The notes below the pieces were generated by a model. It did no database searches and was not told the DNA's origin. It saw only the letters and a list, made by a program, of their open reading frames with translations. From an uncultured Candidatus Saccharibacteria bacterium (GTDB taxonomy: Bacteria > Patescibacteriota > Doudnabacteria > UBA920), in the NCBI GenBank assembly GCA_964474825.1, contig CAYYWQ010000001.1, forward strand, positions 1,130,184-1,194,183: 64,000 nt of DNA, given 5' to 3'. Made by a program: the position numbers and the translations under genes. Below, piece by piece: positions 31,101-40,164 of this stretch. Position 1 is the stretch's first letter. Every line of letters starts with the position of its first letter.

Positions 31101-33866
31101 TCTTTAATGATTGGCTTTAACAGCGACATTGCCACTTTGTTTGTAGGTCCCGGAAATGGCACCAGCACAGTGGGCAATGTTGGTATTGGCACTACCACTC
31201 CGGGTTCTGCTTTAACTGTTGCTGGAGATATTAATTTTACAGGGAATTTGCTTTACAATGGTTCACCAATAACTTTTAATATTTCCAGCGGTCTTACATT
31301 AACCGGTTCGGATTTTGTAGATTCTGTGGACATTAATAGTGAAGTTATTGAGCCAATCCATGTTTCCTTTAGCAGCGACGGAACCCATATGTTTGTTATT
31401 GACGACGATACCGGCAATATATTCCAATACGACTTAGGCTTAGCGTGGGACATAACGACTGCCAGTTACAGCAGTAATTCTTTTGACCCAGGTTCAGAAT
31501 TTGCCTTCGGTGTGTGGTATGCCTCTTGGAAAACAGACGGAACCAAATTGTATGTAGAGGGGAACGCTGATGGCGACACAAAAGTAGTTGAATATTATCT
31601 TTCTTCCCCATGGGATATTTCTACGGCTTCTTCCACCGGAAATTCTATAGATATTTCAACTGACATTAGTAACGGAGGGGATTGGGTTTGGAACAGCGAC
31701 GGCAGTGAGGCTTTTGTAACTGCATGGGAGGGAGGGCTTATACATAGGTATTCACTACTAACTCCTTGGGACCTTACTACAGCAACGTATACAGGCCCGG
31801 TGCTTGAAGTCAGTATCGGCAGCGGTTTTCCAATTGGCATGAGTTTTTTTAACAGCGGCTTAAATATGGGAGTAGTTATGTTTAATCCTGGAAGCGGTAG
31901 TATAGTTTTGTATAGTTATACGCTCGATTCCGCCTACGATGTTTCCAGCGCTTCCCCGGACGGTTCCAGTTTTGACCTTACCGTTTATGGTAATATTACT
32001 GTTCCTTTCTTTAGCCCAGAAGGCGACCAGTTCTATTTTCCTGTTGAGGGTTACTCTGCTGTAAATGGTGGAGACGGAAGTATTATTCAATTTGAACTAG
32101 GCGCTAGCAGTAGTGGATTGCAATGGACAACTTCAGGCAGTGATATTTATTTTTCAAGAGGCAATGTTGGTATAGGCACCCACGAAGCGTCCGCCCTGTT
32201 AGACGTGCAGGGGTCGGGTATGCTGCCGGGGACAGGCACAATTAGCGACGACGGTTATGGTATTATTACCGGCATAGGTACCAGGTTTGAGGAAGAATTA
32301 AGCGAAGGGGATACCATTTTAATCGGCAGTTTTCCTTTTGGTCTTCCTGCTACAATCTATGAAATTTCTGACAATGAACATATGAGAGTCCAGCACGACT
32401 TAAGTGAGACCTATGTAGACACAACTTTTGCTTATCAAAAACCCCTTGTAGTTATGGGAGAGCCAAGCGGTCCGGAAACTATTTTTAGCGCCAGCGGTTA
32501 TACGGCCAGCCTTTCTTTGGGTTACCAAAATACAGTTAGCGGTTATTTTGGTACCGCAATTGGAACGGGAAATACGGTTATGTCTGCTGTTGGGCCCGAC
32601 GGCCTTATGGGAACGGCGGCCTTAGCTCTGGGCAGTGCAAATACTGTAAGGGGTCAGGGGAGTATTGCCATAGGAAGCTATTTAACAGCCGGCGCCGACG
32701 GGGCAATAGTTATAGGTAGTGGGGATTTTGAAGACGAAGGTTCTCTGACAAATAACATAGAAAACTCATTAATGGTTGGCTTTAACAGCGATGTACCAAC
32801 ATTGTTTGTTGGCGCCGGTTCCGGCTTAGGAACTTTTGGTAAGGTTGGTATTGGCACCACCACTCCTGACTTTTTAATTACTTTAAGCGGGGGGGCGTAC
32901 AGTGATGGTTCTTCCTGGTCCAATGCTTCGGACAAAAACTTAAAAGAAAATTTTGCCACTGTCACCCCGGCAGACATTTTGCAAAAAATTGTAAGTCTGC
33001 CTATTAGCCAGTGGAATTATAAAACGGATACAGCCACAACTACCCACATGGGCCCAACGGCCCAGGATTTTTACGCTGCTTTTGGCCTAGGTGGTAAAGG
33101 AGGCGCCAAATCTATTTCTACCATTGATGAGCCGGCAATTGCTTTGCTTGGCATCCAAGCACTAAACCAAAAAATTATTGACTTGCAAGGCGCGCTTGTA
33201 AATAACGCCAGCTCTACAATTGCTTTAACTGTTACCCAAGCCGTTGTGTACGAAAAAACTTTAACAGTTTTGGGACAGGTTTACTTTAGCGGAGACAATG
33301 TCGGACAGGCGCAAATTTTGGCCGGTGAAAATTCCGTGCGAATAAATTTCAGCCAGGCTTATTTGTATCAGCCGATTATTACTATTTCACCAATAGACTT
33401 TGACGGCAAATGGAAATTAAAAAACGTAGATTCCCAAGGATTCACAATTAAGCTGACTGAAAAGCAAAACTTAGACGTCACTTTTAATTGGCACTCTTTT
33501 GCATCTGAGCAGGCTAAGCTTACTGTTAGCAGCGGCACAACTTCGCCTATTACTTTGGTTGTCGTTAGCGGGGAAGTTTTGGGAGAAGCTATCTCCACTC
33601 CAAATACAGGCCCTGTAATCAGCAACAGCCCTCAGCAACCAGCTGAAGCTCCTTCGCCAACTCCGGAAGTTTTGGGGGAGTTTACAACATCCCCTGAGGC
33701 TGTTGTTGATCAACCTGCTTTCCCGTCCCCGGACCCTACGCCGGTAGTTGACGCACCAGCAGATGTGCCGGATTCGCCCAGCCCTAAAGCCCCGGACGAA
33801 GCCCCAACAGTTACGGCTCCTGAACCACCGCCAGCGTCCGCTGCGCCAAGCGAGCCGACTCCTTAA
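25185..33866 (+). CDS. Giant membrane-anchored fibre/adhesin-like protein (2893 aa) with Peptidase S74 intramolecular chaperone
   Basis: TM helix at about aa 108-125; short collagen GxxGxx; GSGY repeat array; GNVGIGTTTP stalk repeats; YadA-like head repeats; WDIST propeller-like repeats; ASDKNLKEN..WNYK..HMGPTAQDF; Pro-rich tail. Confidence 0.9.
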   Translation: MKIKLEKNKIPRTASHFKKRKVLAGKAKNSADTMEQKIKQIFKVPGEVSKKKIAKRKIITKDILPVIDVESPEFAKMVEIFPASRLKDAVIQGSKILLKPIKVPTFAKAGALLLLLSFGVYGATLSKNYLEQGLLKQLASKQQAAKPVAQNKINPKIKDGAIAKLSRAVPRVLGESTTSQSNSNLPAQIRNILDQYIKEGKITGQKGEPGEPGRAGGSVVGSAPIIYYPPNPSQNFTGGTYLGVTNLSSQNHTVTNNLTVSGNTTIAGALNVSNFSINGITVAGSAQWAADGNNISYSRGNVSVGTASSSGQLTVLDSAAGSYYGSELVNNGNFSGSTEGWTLGDSWGYSTNGVGFVAPVFSGAVTRFSATESAGSGYSVGDVLTLLPGTSDPAGTGGTITVTAVATNGQIESMRGMEAIGRDYNVNQIVDVVGGSGSGAQLLITNMDGEGGVEDFVIQNPGSGYSSGCDTYEVEGTSGHDFRPILCAGSSGGVVSFTLRSGGSGYLEEEHNTSGGHGSGFVANIREVSALGTIDLIPGFDDGHYGTGYHVGDVLTVLPGIGDNEASGGTLTVTEVSNGEIFASSIQNDGIGYQVGDVLTIPGGTGGEYTVSGIDEAGDGHIESIAGINGADQMGSGYERGDILNVAAGTGGQITIDAVLDGQVFFAFPETVANAGSGYAADDIITVNGGDGPVDLIIVEVANDSLGLWEPNTADGNNGVTASGTGYSVGDIVNVDGGSGGQLYVQVVDENGGVQSYSVYENGSGYTLGYNAYATSYGGSGTGFVANVGVLPEGGVLFAESNSSHNGTGYTSGNYSVTGGSGSGFSPMVLAGDISFGFFTEANIHNPGSGYVPGDIITISGGSGAKIIIAGTNSSGGVTDWNLYKPGTGYTAGYATHSTTGGSGTGFSMDLGFPDFGGIVDSELTEAGSGYAYGVHLALGGHGSGYMPLLNTESELGELQYNDYQPVNGGSGYQVGDLVDVSGGTGGKVFVTSVSPSGAVRTIYIARNGTGYASDWAYRSTTGGSGTGLLINAFARNYHNNAITAGSITSAGSGYTSGTNLTLSGGSGSGATINITATGLGGAISEVDVTTGGSNYIAGNHAVSGGHGAGAVPFLAVESAAGGNLVQDLSIESGRRYRVKFTLSGEEEGCVSVFLGGALVSGDSFCGDTIAEVIVEAVNSNGLIFSPSSDFIGNISHVSVTQLKPGATAVSIVNSNSGKVLGISTGISGDNIFFGQESGGFNTDGLGNATLGYQTLYNNAEGSNNLALGYQAGFSNANGSNNIFIGNQAGYSETGSNKLYISNSSSSPLIYGDLTAGLLGINTINPNATLDVLGNPAQTGTGTISDDGDGNITGTGTAFTTELHRGDIVRDSNGEEAIVIYIESDTVMQVSKNLNGDTDQTFTYKHPVLNVTNYGADFPALSVSARGGLSSLNSYSYAGGVSSIAWGDDNLASGDYAAAFGSTNAAGGNFSFTAGLGNIVEGDASAAFGWGNSVFGPNSLALGKFNSVHGNTSMVFGENMQVDGSNSVGINLNYYEYPNLTRDNTMAIMGGNVGIGTTTPDVALSVQGDINLTGNIYKNGSLFGGGDSAWSTTLGSDLYFDAGNVGIGTSNPAANLHVYGEGSGEFTGGYESVLAIESADANPWALSIRRQDIGASSDISLYNNGDETTGDWRFAVGDGADSYYTPVDINKYGLTIGEQGLVGGNALAISPDVGGGMLYGTISAPVPFAWSLGYTSDVTVTSTPVITWNGLGKVGIGTTTPAALFDIRGSDGSIGSGLIADDGDGNITGTDTAFLAELQVGDSIEFYGANAPGIITEIIDDTHMIVSHVHTDPFIDSGFNYQSPLLSVSNAYEGLLNVYGLTNSASLGVGSLVSGGYSYALGAYNTVTSPYTEGPGGVAIGGGNTISSVLASAIGVNNTVTGDSSNAYGLYNTVSGQDAFAIGRYLNATSTGGFVLGSGYSYDHLLTNTIDSSLMIGFNSDIATLFVGPGNGTSTVGNVGIGTTTPGSALTVAGDINFTGNLLYNGSPITFNISSGLTLTGSDFVDSVDINSEVIEPIHVSFSSDGTHMFVIDDDTGNIFQYDLGLAWDITTASYSSNSFDPGSEFAFGVWYASWKTDGTKLYVEGNADGDTKVVEYYLSSPWDISTASSTGNSIDISTDISNGGDWVWNSDGSEAFVTAWEGGLIHRYSLLTPWDLTTATYTGPVLEVSIGSGFPIGMSFFNSGLNMGVVMFNPGSGSIVLYSYTLDSAYDVSSASPDGSSFDLTVYGNITVPFFSPEGDQFYFPVEGYSAVNGGDGSIIQFELGASSSGLQWTTSGSDIYFSRGNVGIGTHEASALLDVQGSGMLPGTGTISDDGYGIITGIGTRFEEELSEGDTILIGSFPFGLPATIYEISDNEHMRVQHDLSETYVDTTFAYQKPLVVMGEPSGPETIFSASGYTASLSLGYQNTVSGYFGTAIGTGNTVMSAVGPDGLMGTAALALGSANTVRGQGSIAIGSYLTAGADGAIVIGSGDFEDEGSLTNNIENSLMVGFNSDVPTLFVGAGSGLGTFGKVGIGTTTPDFLITLSGGAYSDGSSWSNASDKNLKENFATVTPADILQKIVSLPISQWNYKTDTATTTHMGPTAQDFYAAFGLGGKGGAKSISTIDEPAIALLGIQALNQKIIDLQGALVNNASSTIALTVTQAVVYEKTLTVLGQVYFSGDNVGQAQILAGENSVRINFSQAYLYQPIITISPIDFDGKWKLKNVDSQGFTIKLTEKQNLDVTFNWHSFASEQAKLTVSSGTTSPITLVVVSGEVLGEAISTPNTGPVISNSPQQPAEAPSPTPEVLGEFTTSPEAVVDQPAFPSPDPTPVVDAPADVPDSPSPKAPDEAPTVTAPEPPPASAAPSEPTP

Positions 33867-33899
33867 AAACCTTTCCAAACAAAATGGAAAGGTTTTTAA
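33863..33899 (+). terminator. Intrinsic terminator after the giant gene
   Basis: TTAAAAACCTTTCCA..TGGAAAGGTTTTTAA. Confidence 0.8.
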
Positions 33900-33971
33900 A
33901 TTTGACTTAGGAAATTGAATAAATGATAATTACAAATATAGCAGTACGCGGGTATAAAAATTTTGAAAATA

Positions 33972-34673
33972 ATGAACGAAGTTAGCCAAAACCTAAAATT
34001 AAGCGTGGTCCTGCCTTGCCGGGACGAAGAAGCGGCTGTGGGGGAGTGCATTTTAAAAATAAAACAGGTGCTGGAGCAGAATAATATAGATGGGGAAATA
34101 ATAGTATCAGATTCCTCGGCCGACAGTTCAGCCAAAATAGCTCAAAATCTTGGTGCGGTTTTAATTCAGCACGGACGGGAAGGTTATGGTACTGCCTGCC
34201 TGGAAGGGTTTAAAGCGGCAAAAGGAAAATATATATTTTTGGCAGACGCTGACGGAAGTTATGATTTTGCGGAAATACCTAATTTTTTGGCACACCTGGA
34301 ATTGGGTAATGATTTTGTAATCGGCAACAGGTTTAAAGGAAAAATTGCCCCCGGGGCAATGCCTTTGCTTCACCGCTTTGTGGGAAACCCACTGTTTCCG
34401 TTTATGTTTAGAATATTTTTCCGCGCAAAAATTCAGGACGTGCACTGCGGAATGAGGGCCGTGGCTAAAGAGTCGCTCGCTCCGCTGGCGCTTAATTCCA
34501 CTGGTATGGAATTTGCGTCGGAAATGCTAATTAAGGCCGTGCAAAATAAACTTAAAATACACGAGCTATCTATAAATTATTACAAAAGGAAAGGCGTTTC
34601 AAAACTGCGTCCTTTTGCGGATGGCTTTAGGCACCTTAGGTTAATAGTGCTCGCAGGAGCTTTTAAAAAATGA
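33972..34673 (+). CDS. Glycosyltransferase family 2, polyprenol-phosphate glycosyltransferase (DPM-like)
   Basis: SVVLPCRDEE, GYGTA, DADGSY, DFVIGNRF, DVHCGMR, GMEFASE. Confidence 0.9.
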   Translation: MNEVSQNLKLSVVLPCRDEEAAVGECILKIKQVLEQNNIDGEIIVSDSSADSSAKIAQNLGAVLIQHGREGYGTACLEGFKAAKGKYIFLADADGSYDFAEIPNFLAHLELGNDFVIGNRFKGKIAPGAMPLLHRFVGNPLFPFMFRIFFRAKIQDVHCGMRAVAKESLAPLALNSTGMEFASEMLIKAVQNKLKIHELSINYYKRKGVSKLRPFADGFRHLRLIVLAGAFKK

Positions 34674-35770
34674 AGATAGCGGTTTTCCATAATTTTATGG
34701 ACAACATAGGCGGCGCGGAAATTGTGGCGCTGGCTTTAACTAAAGGCCTTTCCGCGGACCTTTATACCACCAACATAGACCGCGACAAAATAGAAAAAAT
34801 GGGTTACGGAAACATTTTGCCCAATATATATTCCATTGGCACAGTTCCAAAAAACGCTCCGTTTAGGCAGCAGCTGACTTTTTGGAAATTTAGTCAGCTT
34901 AATTTAAAAAAGAAATACGACTTCTACATTATTGCCGGGGACTGGGCCATGTCCGGCTGTGTTAATAACAAGCCAAATTTATGGTATGCCCACTCTCCCT
35001 TAAATGAGCTTTGGGCCTTTAAAGACTATGTAAGAAACCAGGTTATAGAAGGTTGGAAAAAACCTTTTTTTGATGTATGGGTTTGGTTTAACCGAAGGCT
35101 TAATAAAAAATATGTAAATCATGCCCAAATAATTATTTGCAATTCCAAGAATACGCAACAAAGAGTAAAAAATATTTATAACCGTAAAGCTGGGGTTTTG
35201 AATCCTCCGGTAGATACGGCAAAATATTTTAGCAATCCCCACAAAGGTTATTGGCTTTCAGTTAATCGGCTAACAAAGGCCAAAAGAATAGAACTGCAAA
35301 TGCATGCCTTTGCCCAAATACCGGAAGAGAATTTAATTATAGTGGGCAGTTACGAAAAAGGCTCTAAGCCTTTTGAAAAATACAAAAAATTTATTGGAGA
35401 AATAAAACCTCCAAATGTTAAAATTATAAACTGGGCAACAGACGAGGAATTAAAAGAGCTGTATGCCAACTGCATTGGCCTAATAACTACTTCCATAGAC
35501 GAGGATTTTGGCATGGCGCCGGTTGAAGCCATGGCCGCGGGCAAGCCGGTAATAGCGCCAAACGAAGGCGGCTACAAAGAAACACTGGTCGATGATGTTA
35601 CTGGAAAACTTATTTCAGACATCAGCTTTGAGAAATTGATTAAATCAATCCGGGAAGTCGGTAAAAATCCGGAAAGTTACAAGCAGGCATGTTTACTGCA
35701 AGCCGCAAAGTTTGACACGCAAATTTTTATAAATAAAATTCAGCAGCTATTAGAAAAGCCCTATGCCTAA
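34670..35770 (+). CDS. Glycosyltransferase family 4
   Basis: GGAE, PPVD, SVNRLTKAKRIEL, EDFGMAPVEAMAAGKPVIA. Confidence 0.92.
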   Translation: MKIAVFHNFMDNIGGAEIVALALTKGLSADLYTTNIDRDKIEKMGYGNILPNIYSIGTVPKNAPFRQQLTFWKFSQLNLKKKYDFYIIAGDWAMSGCVNNKPNLWYAHSPLNELWAFKDYVRNQVIEGWKKPFFDVWVWFNRRLNKKYVNHAQIIICNSKNTQQRVKNIYNRKAGVLNPPVDTAKYFSNPHKGYWLSVNRLTKAKRIELQMHAFAQIPEENLIIVGSYEKGSKPFEKYKKFIGEIKPPNVKIINWATDEELKELYANCIGLITTSIDEDFGMAPVEAMAAGKPVIAPNEGGYKETLVDDVTGKLISDISFEKLIKSIREVGKNPESYKQACLLQAAKFDTQIFINKIQQLLEKPYA

Positions 35771-36605
35771 AGCATTGTTCATTACCGGAAATAAGCGCTC
35801 CGGCACTTCCCAGCTCGTTAGGCTCCTAAATTTACACCCGGAAATATTTGTTTCGCATGAGTCAGACGCTGTGCTCATAATTTCGCGTTTTTTAAAGGGA
35901 GAACCTTTCTTAAGCCATGCCGCAGATTCTTCTGTTGGAATGGAATATACTTTAAAAATTTGTGGCCAACTTTTGAGCAAACAAAAAAGCGCTGCAGAAA
36001 ACTTTTTTGCAATTCAAAAAAAGCTTATGGAAACGGGCAGCCCGTGGCTTCCATCAGAACCTAAAAAAGACCCGCAATGGGTGGGGGACAAAAAGCCTTT
36101 TCAGTATTCGGATCCCTCTATAACAGATTTTATCCGTTCCAGTTTTCCGCAGGCTGTTTTTATTCATTTAGTCAGGCATCCTTTTGCCGTAGCCCAAAGC
36201 GCGCAAAAATTTAACAAAACCGTTAATGGGGATTTTTGGAGAGGTTTAAGTTTAGAGGAAATGGTGGAAGAGTGGGCTAAAAATGAAAATAATGTTTTAG
36301 AGCTAAAAAAATCCGGTTGGGCCAAAGTGATGGACGTGCGCTATGAAGATTTATGTAAGGAAACAGACAAAGAACTTACGCGAATTTTTAATTTTTTGGG
36401 GCTCAAAGTAAACGCAAATATTTTAAAAACAGCAGCCAAAACCACTCGTTACACACTAAAAAAAATACCAATAATTCCTTGCAGTCAGAACACGCTTTCT
36501 ATTATGGGCCAGTATGGATACACACCGGGGCAGGCAGAAAAGGGAAGGGCGCAAATTTTACTTTCCAATTTATATTGGAAAGTGCACAAAAAAATATATG
36601 CATAA
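35763..36605 (+). CDS. PAPS-dependent sulfotransferase
   Basis: 5'PSB loop FITGNKRSGTS..LNLHP; GDKKP; 3'PB IHLVRHP..VAQS; VRYEDL..FLGL. Confidence 0.88.
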   Translation: MPKALFITGNKRSGTSQLVRLLNLHPEIFVSHESDAVLIISRFLKGEPFLSHAADSSVGMEYTLKICGQLLSKQKSAAENFFAIQKKLMETGSPWLPSEPKKDPQWVGDKKPFQYSDPSITDFIRSSFPQAVFIHLVRHPFAVAQSAQKFNKTVNGDFWRGLSLEEMVEEWAKNENNVLELKKSGWAKVMDVRYEDLCKETDKELTRIFNFLGLKVNANILKTAAKTTRYTLKKIPIIPCSQNTLSIMGQYGYTPGQAEKGRAQILLSNLYWKVHKKIYA

Positions 36606-37179
36606 AAAAGTTTTTCAGGAGTTTGAAAAAATCTGTTCTAAAAGAAGTTTAAGAGGTTCGGTTCTGGAGGTTGGCGCCAAACCGGATTTTTCCAGCCTTT
36701 TGAATATGGAAGCGCTAAAGGCCATGGACGAAAAAATAGGCATTAACCTGGAAGGGGCATCTGAGTATAAAGATTTTAAAATACTTAAAGGCAATGCCAA
36801 TAATATGGATTGTTTTGCCAGCAATAGTTTTGATTTAGTTTTATGCAACGCGGTTTTTGAACACGACAAATTTTTTTGGAAGACACTTTCGGAAATAAAA
36901 AGGGTTGCCAAACCTGGCGCGCTTATTGTTATTGGCGCTCCGGGTTTTGGTATTACTGCCGCCGAAGGCCGCTTACGCGCCATCTTAAATCACATTCCCT
37001 TCTTGCCTAGTTTTTTTACCAGTTCTACTTTAACACTTCTGGAACACAACTTCCCGGGCGATTATTACCGTTTTAACAAACAGGCTTTTGAGCAAGTTTT
37101 TTTTGAAGGAATGAAAGAAGTCAGTATTAAAACTATAATGTCCCCCCCAAGAATAATAGGCGCAGGCATAAAATCATGA
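36598..37179 (+). CDS. Class I SAM-dependent methyltransferase
   Basis: VLEVGA, SFDLVLCNAVFEHD, RVAKPG, HNFPGDYYRF; start moved to ATG 36598. Confidence 0.88.
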   Translation: MHKKVFQEFEKICSKRSLRGSVLEVGAKPDFSSLLNMEALKAMDEKIGINLEGASEYKDFKILKGNANNMDCFASNSFDLVLCNAVFEHDKFFWKTLSEIKRVAKPGALIVIGAPGFGITAAEGRLRAILNHIPFLPSFFTSSTLTLLEHNFPGDYYRFNKQAFEQVFFEGMKEVSIKTIMSPPRIIGAGIKS

Positions 37180-38336
37180 AAATATTGCACGTGGTCGGCA
37201 GTTTAGACCCTAAAGACGGAGGCGTGGTCCAGGTTGTTTTGGGCATGACAAAGGCTTTGGTAAAAAATAATATAGATGTTACTTTGTTCGCGCCTGAGCC
37301 GGGAAACGTAGAGGATATAAAAGATTATGGGGGAGTGAAAATAAAATTTTTTAAAAAAGCTTTTTTCTCGGTGTTTTTGGCTGGGCATTCGCTTAGGTCT
37401 GGCTACAGCCCTGCATTAGCAAAAGCTTTGGCAAAAGAGGCTGGTAATTTTGATCTGGTGAATACCCACAGTATTTGGCACTACCCGCACTATGCGGCTT
37501 TTTTGGCATCTTCTGCGGCTAATGTTCCTTTTATGTCCACGGTCCAAGGTGAGTTAACTCCTTGGGCTTTAAAACAGCAAAGCGCTTGGGGCTTACATAC
37601 TCAGAAAAAAATATTAGCTAAAGCCTCAGCCATTCAGGCTGTTTCCAAACAGGAAGCCCAAAATATTAAAAACTTTACCAGTAACCCTAATATTTTTGTT
37701 GTGCCCAACGGCATAACGCCCGAGGACTTTTCGGGGGAGAATGGTAATGATTGGTTATTTACAAAGTATCCGGAGCTAAAAGGCAAAAAGATTGTTTTAT
37801 TTTTAGGCCGCGTTAATGCGGGCAAGGGTTTGGAAGTTTTGGCTCATGCGTTTGCTAAGGTGTCCGCTCGCGAGCCTGACAGCAGGCTCCTTATAGTCGG
37901 ACCGGACGAATGGGGCTACGGCAGGAAAATAAAAGAAATTTTAAAAAGAGAAAATGTTTTAGATAAGACTGTTTTTACAGGTATGCTGGTTGGTAAAGAA
38001 AAACTTTCTGTTTTAAAATCTTCAAGTGTTTTTGTTTTGCTCTCTGAGTCTGAAGCCTTTAGTGTTACAATTTTAGAAGCCCTTTACTGCGGCTTGCCTG
38101 TAATTATTAGTCCGGAATGTAATTTTCCGGAAGTAGAAAGTTTTGGAGCAGGCAAGATTATTGAAAGAGATAGTGAGCAGCTGGCTGTCAGTCTTTTGGA
38201 AATGTTTGCAGATCTTCCACGTCTCGCCCAAATGTCTGAAAATTCCAAGAAACTTTCGAGTTCAGGAGAATATTTTTATGACAACATTGCCAAAAAAATT
38301 ATAGGGATTTACGAAAAAATTAAATTCAATGTTTAA
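37176..38336 (+). CDS. Glycosyltransferase family 4
   Basis: MKILHV..GG, VPNGI, LFLGRVNAGKG, EAFSVTILEALYCGLPVI. Confidence 0.92.
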   Translation: MKILHVVGSLDPKDGGVVQVVLGMTKALVKNNIDVTLFAPEPGNVEDIKDYGGVKIKFFKKAFFSVFLAGHSLRSGYSPALAKALAKEAGNFDLVNTHSIWHYPHYAAFLASSAANVPFMSTVQGELTPWALKQQSAWGLHTQKKILAKASAIQAVSKQEAQNIKNFTSNPNIFVVPNGITPEDFSGENGNDWLFTKYPELKGKKIVLFLGRVNAGKGLEVLAHAFAKVSAREPDSRLLIVGPDEWGYGRKIKEILKRENVLDKTVFTGMLVGKEKLSVLKSSSVFVLLSESEAFSVTILEALYCGLPVIISPECNFPEVESFGAGKIIERDSEQLAVSLLEMFADLPRLAQMSENSKKLSSSGEYFYDNIAKKIIGIYEKIKFNV

Positions 38337-39441
38337 GCGGGTAAAAAAAATTATAAAAATTAACGCTCAGAGGGCAGTACTTTGTGTTATTCATAGGCGT
38401 TTGCCGTTCCGCTCTTTTTTTGGTGTAGGCTTGGTTAATAAGAAATGGGCAAGAGAACTAAATCAAAGACTCCTGGATAGCAATAAAGTTAAAGTAGGGT
38501 TTGGTCCTGTAATTAGCGGGGAAGACGATTTAGGCGTTAGAAAATGGCGCATAGACCCAATTGTTAATTACATTAACCAAAGCAGCAAAAAATATTGTGC
38601 CGGAATTTTTTTAAATGTCCAACAAGCGGAAAAATTCGACATTCTTGTTATTGTAAAAGACTTATCTGTTTTAAGTTTTACGGATATTACACAATTAAAG
38701 AAAAATAATAAAAAAATTATTTACGATGTTATTGACCAGCCGTATGGGGAGAATGCAGCTCATTACCCGCAAATAAAAGAAATCTTTAAAGTCGTAGACG
38801 CCATAATTGTTTCCAGTCCGCTTCAGGAGCAGGATTTATTAGGCCTTAATAAAATTGTAACTTTAATAGAGCATCCGGTCATAAACACGCTGGCAAAAGA
38901 TTACAGCAGGGGAGGCAATGGGCCAATAAAAATTATTTGGCAGGGCTACAGCGAACACCATAAGCGCATGGAATTTTTGCATCCTATGATAGAAAGAATT
39001 GCAAAAGAGTTAGGGAAAAAAATTACCCTAACTTACCATACTAATTTATTGCCAAAGCGAAATGGCTTTGTAAATTTTAAAACCTGGACTGTCAATAACT
39101 GGGAAAAGGCCTTGGTTAAGGCGGATATTGCCGTGGAAGTTAAAACTTTAGACGACCCGTTGCTGCAGCGTAAACCTTCCACTAAAGCGGTTTTGTATGG
39201 AGCGGTTGCGCTACCGGTTGTTTTAACCCCGTCAGCCGCAGACAAACTAGTCGTTACCCATGGGCAGACCGGCTATTTTGCTTACAGCCGGGAAGACTGG
39301 TATATATATTTAAAAAAATTGGCGGAAAATGTAAGTCTTCGTCAAAGCATGGGTTTGTTGGCTAAACAGCGCGCTCTGGAAAATTTTAATATTGCAAAAA
39401 TTGGGGAAAAATATATTAGCCTGTTGGATAAAATGGTTTAG
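38329..39441 (+). CDS. GT-B fold glycosyltransferase (GT4-like)
   Basis: IIYDVID, IIWQG, ADIAV..KPSTKA..YGAVALPVV, HGQTGY, LRQSMG. Confidence 0.75.
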   Translation: MFKRVKKIIKINAQRAVLCVIHRRLPFRSFFGVGLVNKKWARELNQRLLDSNKVKVGFGPVISGEDDLGVRKWRIDPIVNYINQSSKKYCAGIFLNVQQAEKFDILVIVKDLSVLSFTDITQLKKNNKKIIYDVIDQPYGENAAHYPQIKEIFKVVDAIIVSSPLQEQDLLGLNKIVTLIEHPVINTLAKDYSRGGNGPIKIIWQGYSEHHKRMEFLHPMIERIAKELGKKITLTYHTNLLPKRNGFVNFKTWTVNNWEKALVKADIAVEVKTLDDPLLQRKPSTKAVLYGAVALPVVLTPSAADKLVVTHGQTGYFAYSREDWYIYLKKLAENVSLRQSMGLLAKQRALENFNIAKIGEKYISLLDKMV

Positions 39442-40163
39442 CTGTTTATATAACTTTCAACAATTTCTTGCGAATTGCCTTGTTCAACAATCTCGCCCTT
39501 CTCCATCCACATAACTTTACTGCAATATTTTTTTACAGCAGACAAATCATGGGTAACTAAAACAACGCTAAGTCCTTGGCTTACTGCTTCCTGAATTTTT
39601 TTAGCGCTTTTGTTTTTAAAGTTTTCGTCGCCAATTTCAAAAACTTCGTCCAGCAAAAGTATTTCCGGCCGCGAGAAAATGGCCAGGGAAAAAGCCAGAC
39701 GCTGCTTCATGCCTTCGGAGAATTGGTAGATTTTTGTTTCCATGTATTCGGCAAGGCCTGAAAATTCCGCAATGGAATTTAGTTTGTCTTTTATTTCCTG
39801 CCTGCCTAAGCCAAACAGAGAACAGCACAGGAAAATGTTGTCTTTCATGCTTAGCCTGTCCTGCAGGGCCGCGCCTAAATTTATTAAAGAAATTATTTTT
39901 CCGTGCGTCAAAACCTGTCCCATATCCGGCTGGTAAATACCCGCAACTATTCTCAGCAGGGTGCTTTTTCCGCTGCCGTTTTTACCCAAAATACCTAAAA
40001 TTTCTCCCTCTTTAAGTTCAAAAGAAATATTATTTAACGCCCAAATGTCTTTTTTTGGCTCCCTTCCCGAAAATATAGACAAGAAATACCACAAAACACT
40101 CTGCTTTTTTTTAAAGCCAATCCTGAATTTTTTTGAAATATTTTTTACACTCACTCTTTGCAT
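39438..40163 (-). CDS. Polysaccharide ABC exporter ATPase (Wzt/TagH-like), no C-terminal CBM
   Basis: WALNNISF, GKNGSGKSTL, FSEGMKQRLAF, LLLDE..GDENF. Confidence 0.9.
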   Translation of the reverse strand: MQRVSVKNISKKFRIGFKKKQSVLWYFLSIFSGREPKKDIWALNNISFELKEGEILGILGKNGSGKSTLLRIVAGIYQPDMGQVLTHGKIISLINLGAALQDRLSMKDNIFLCCSLFGLGRQEIKDKLNSIAEFSGLAEYMETKIYQFSEGMKQRLAFSLAIFSRPEILLLDEVFEIGDENFKNKSAKKIQEAVSQGLSVVLVTHDLSAVKKYCSKVMWMEKGEIVEQGNSQEIVESYINS

Positions 40164-40164
40164 T

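Noticed and set aside
25185-33866. Prophage, suggested by the tail-fibre-like and excisionase-like genes
   Set aside because: No integrase, terminase, capsid or lysis genes; the protein has a TM anchor and host-type promoter and terminator
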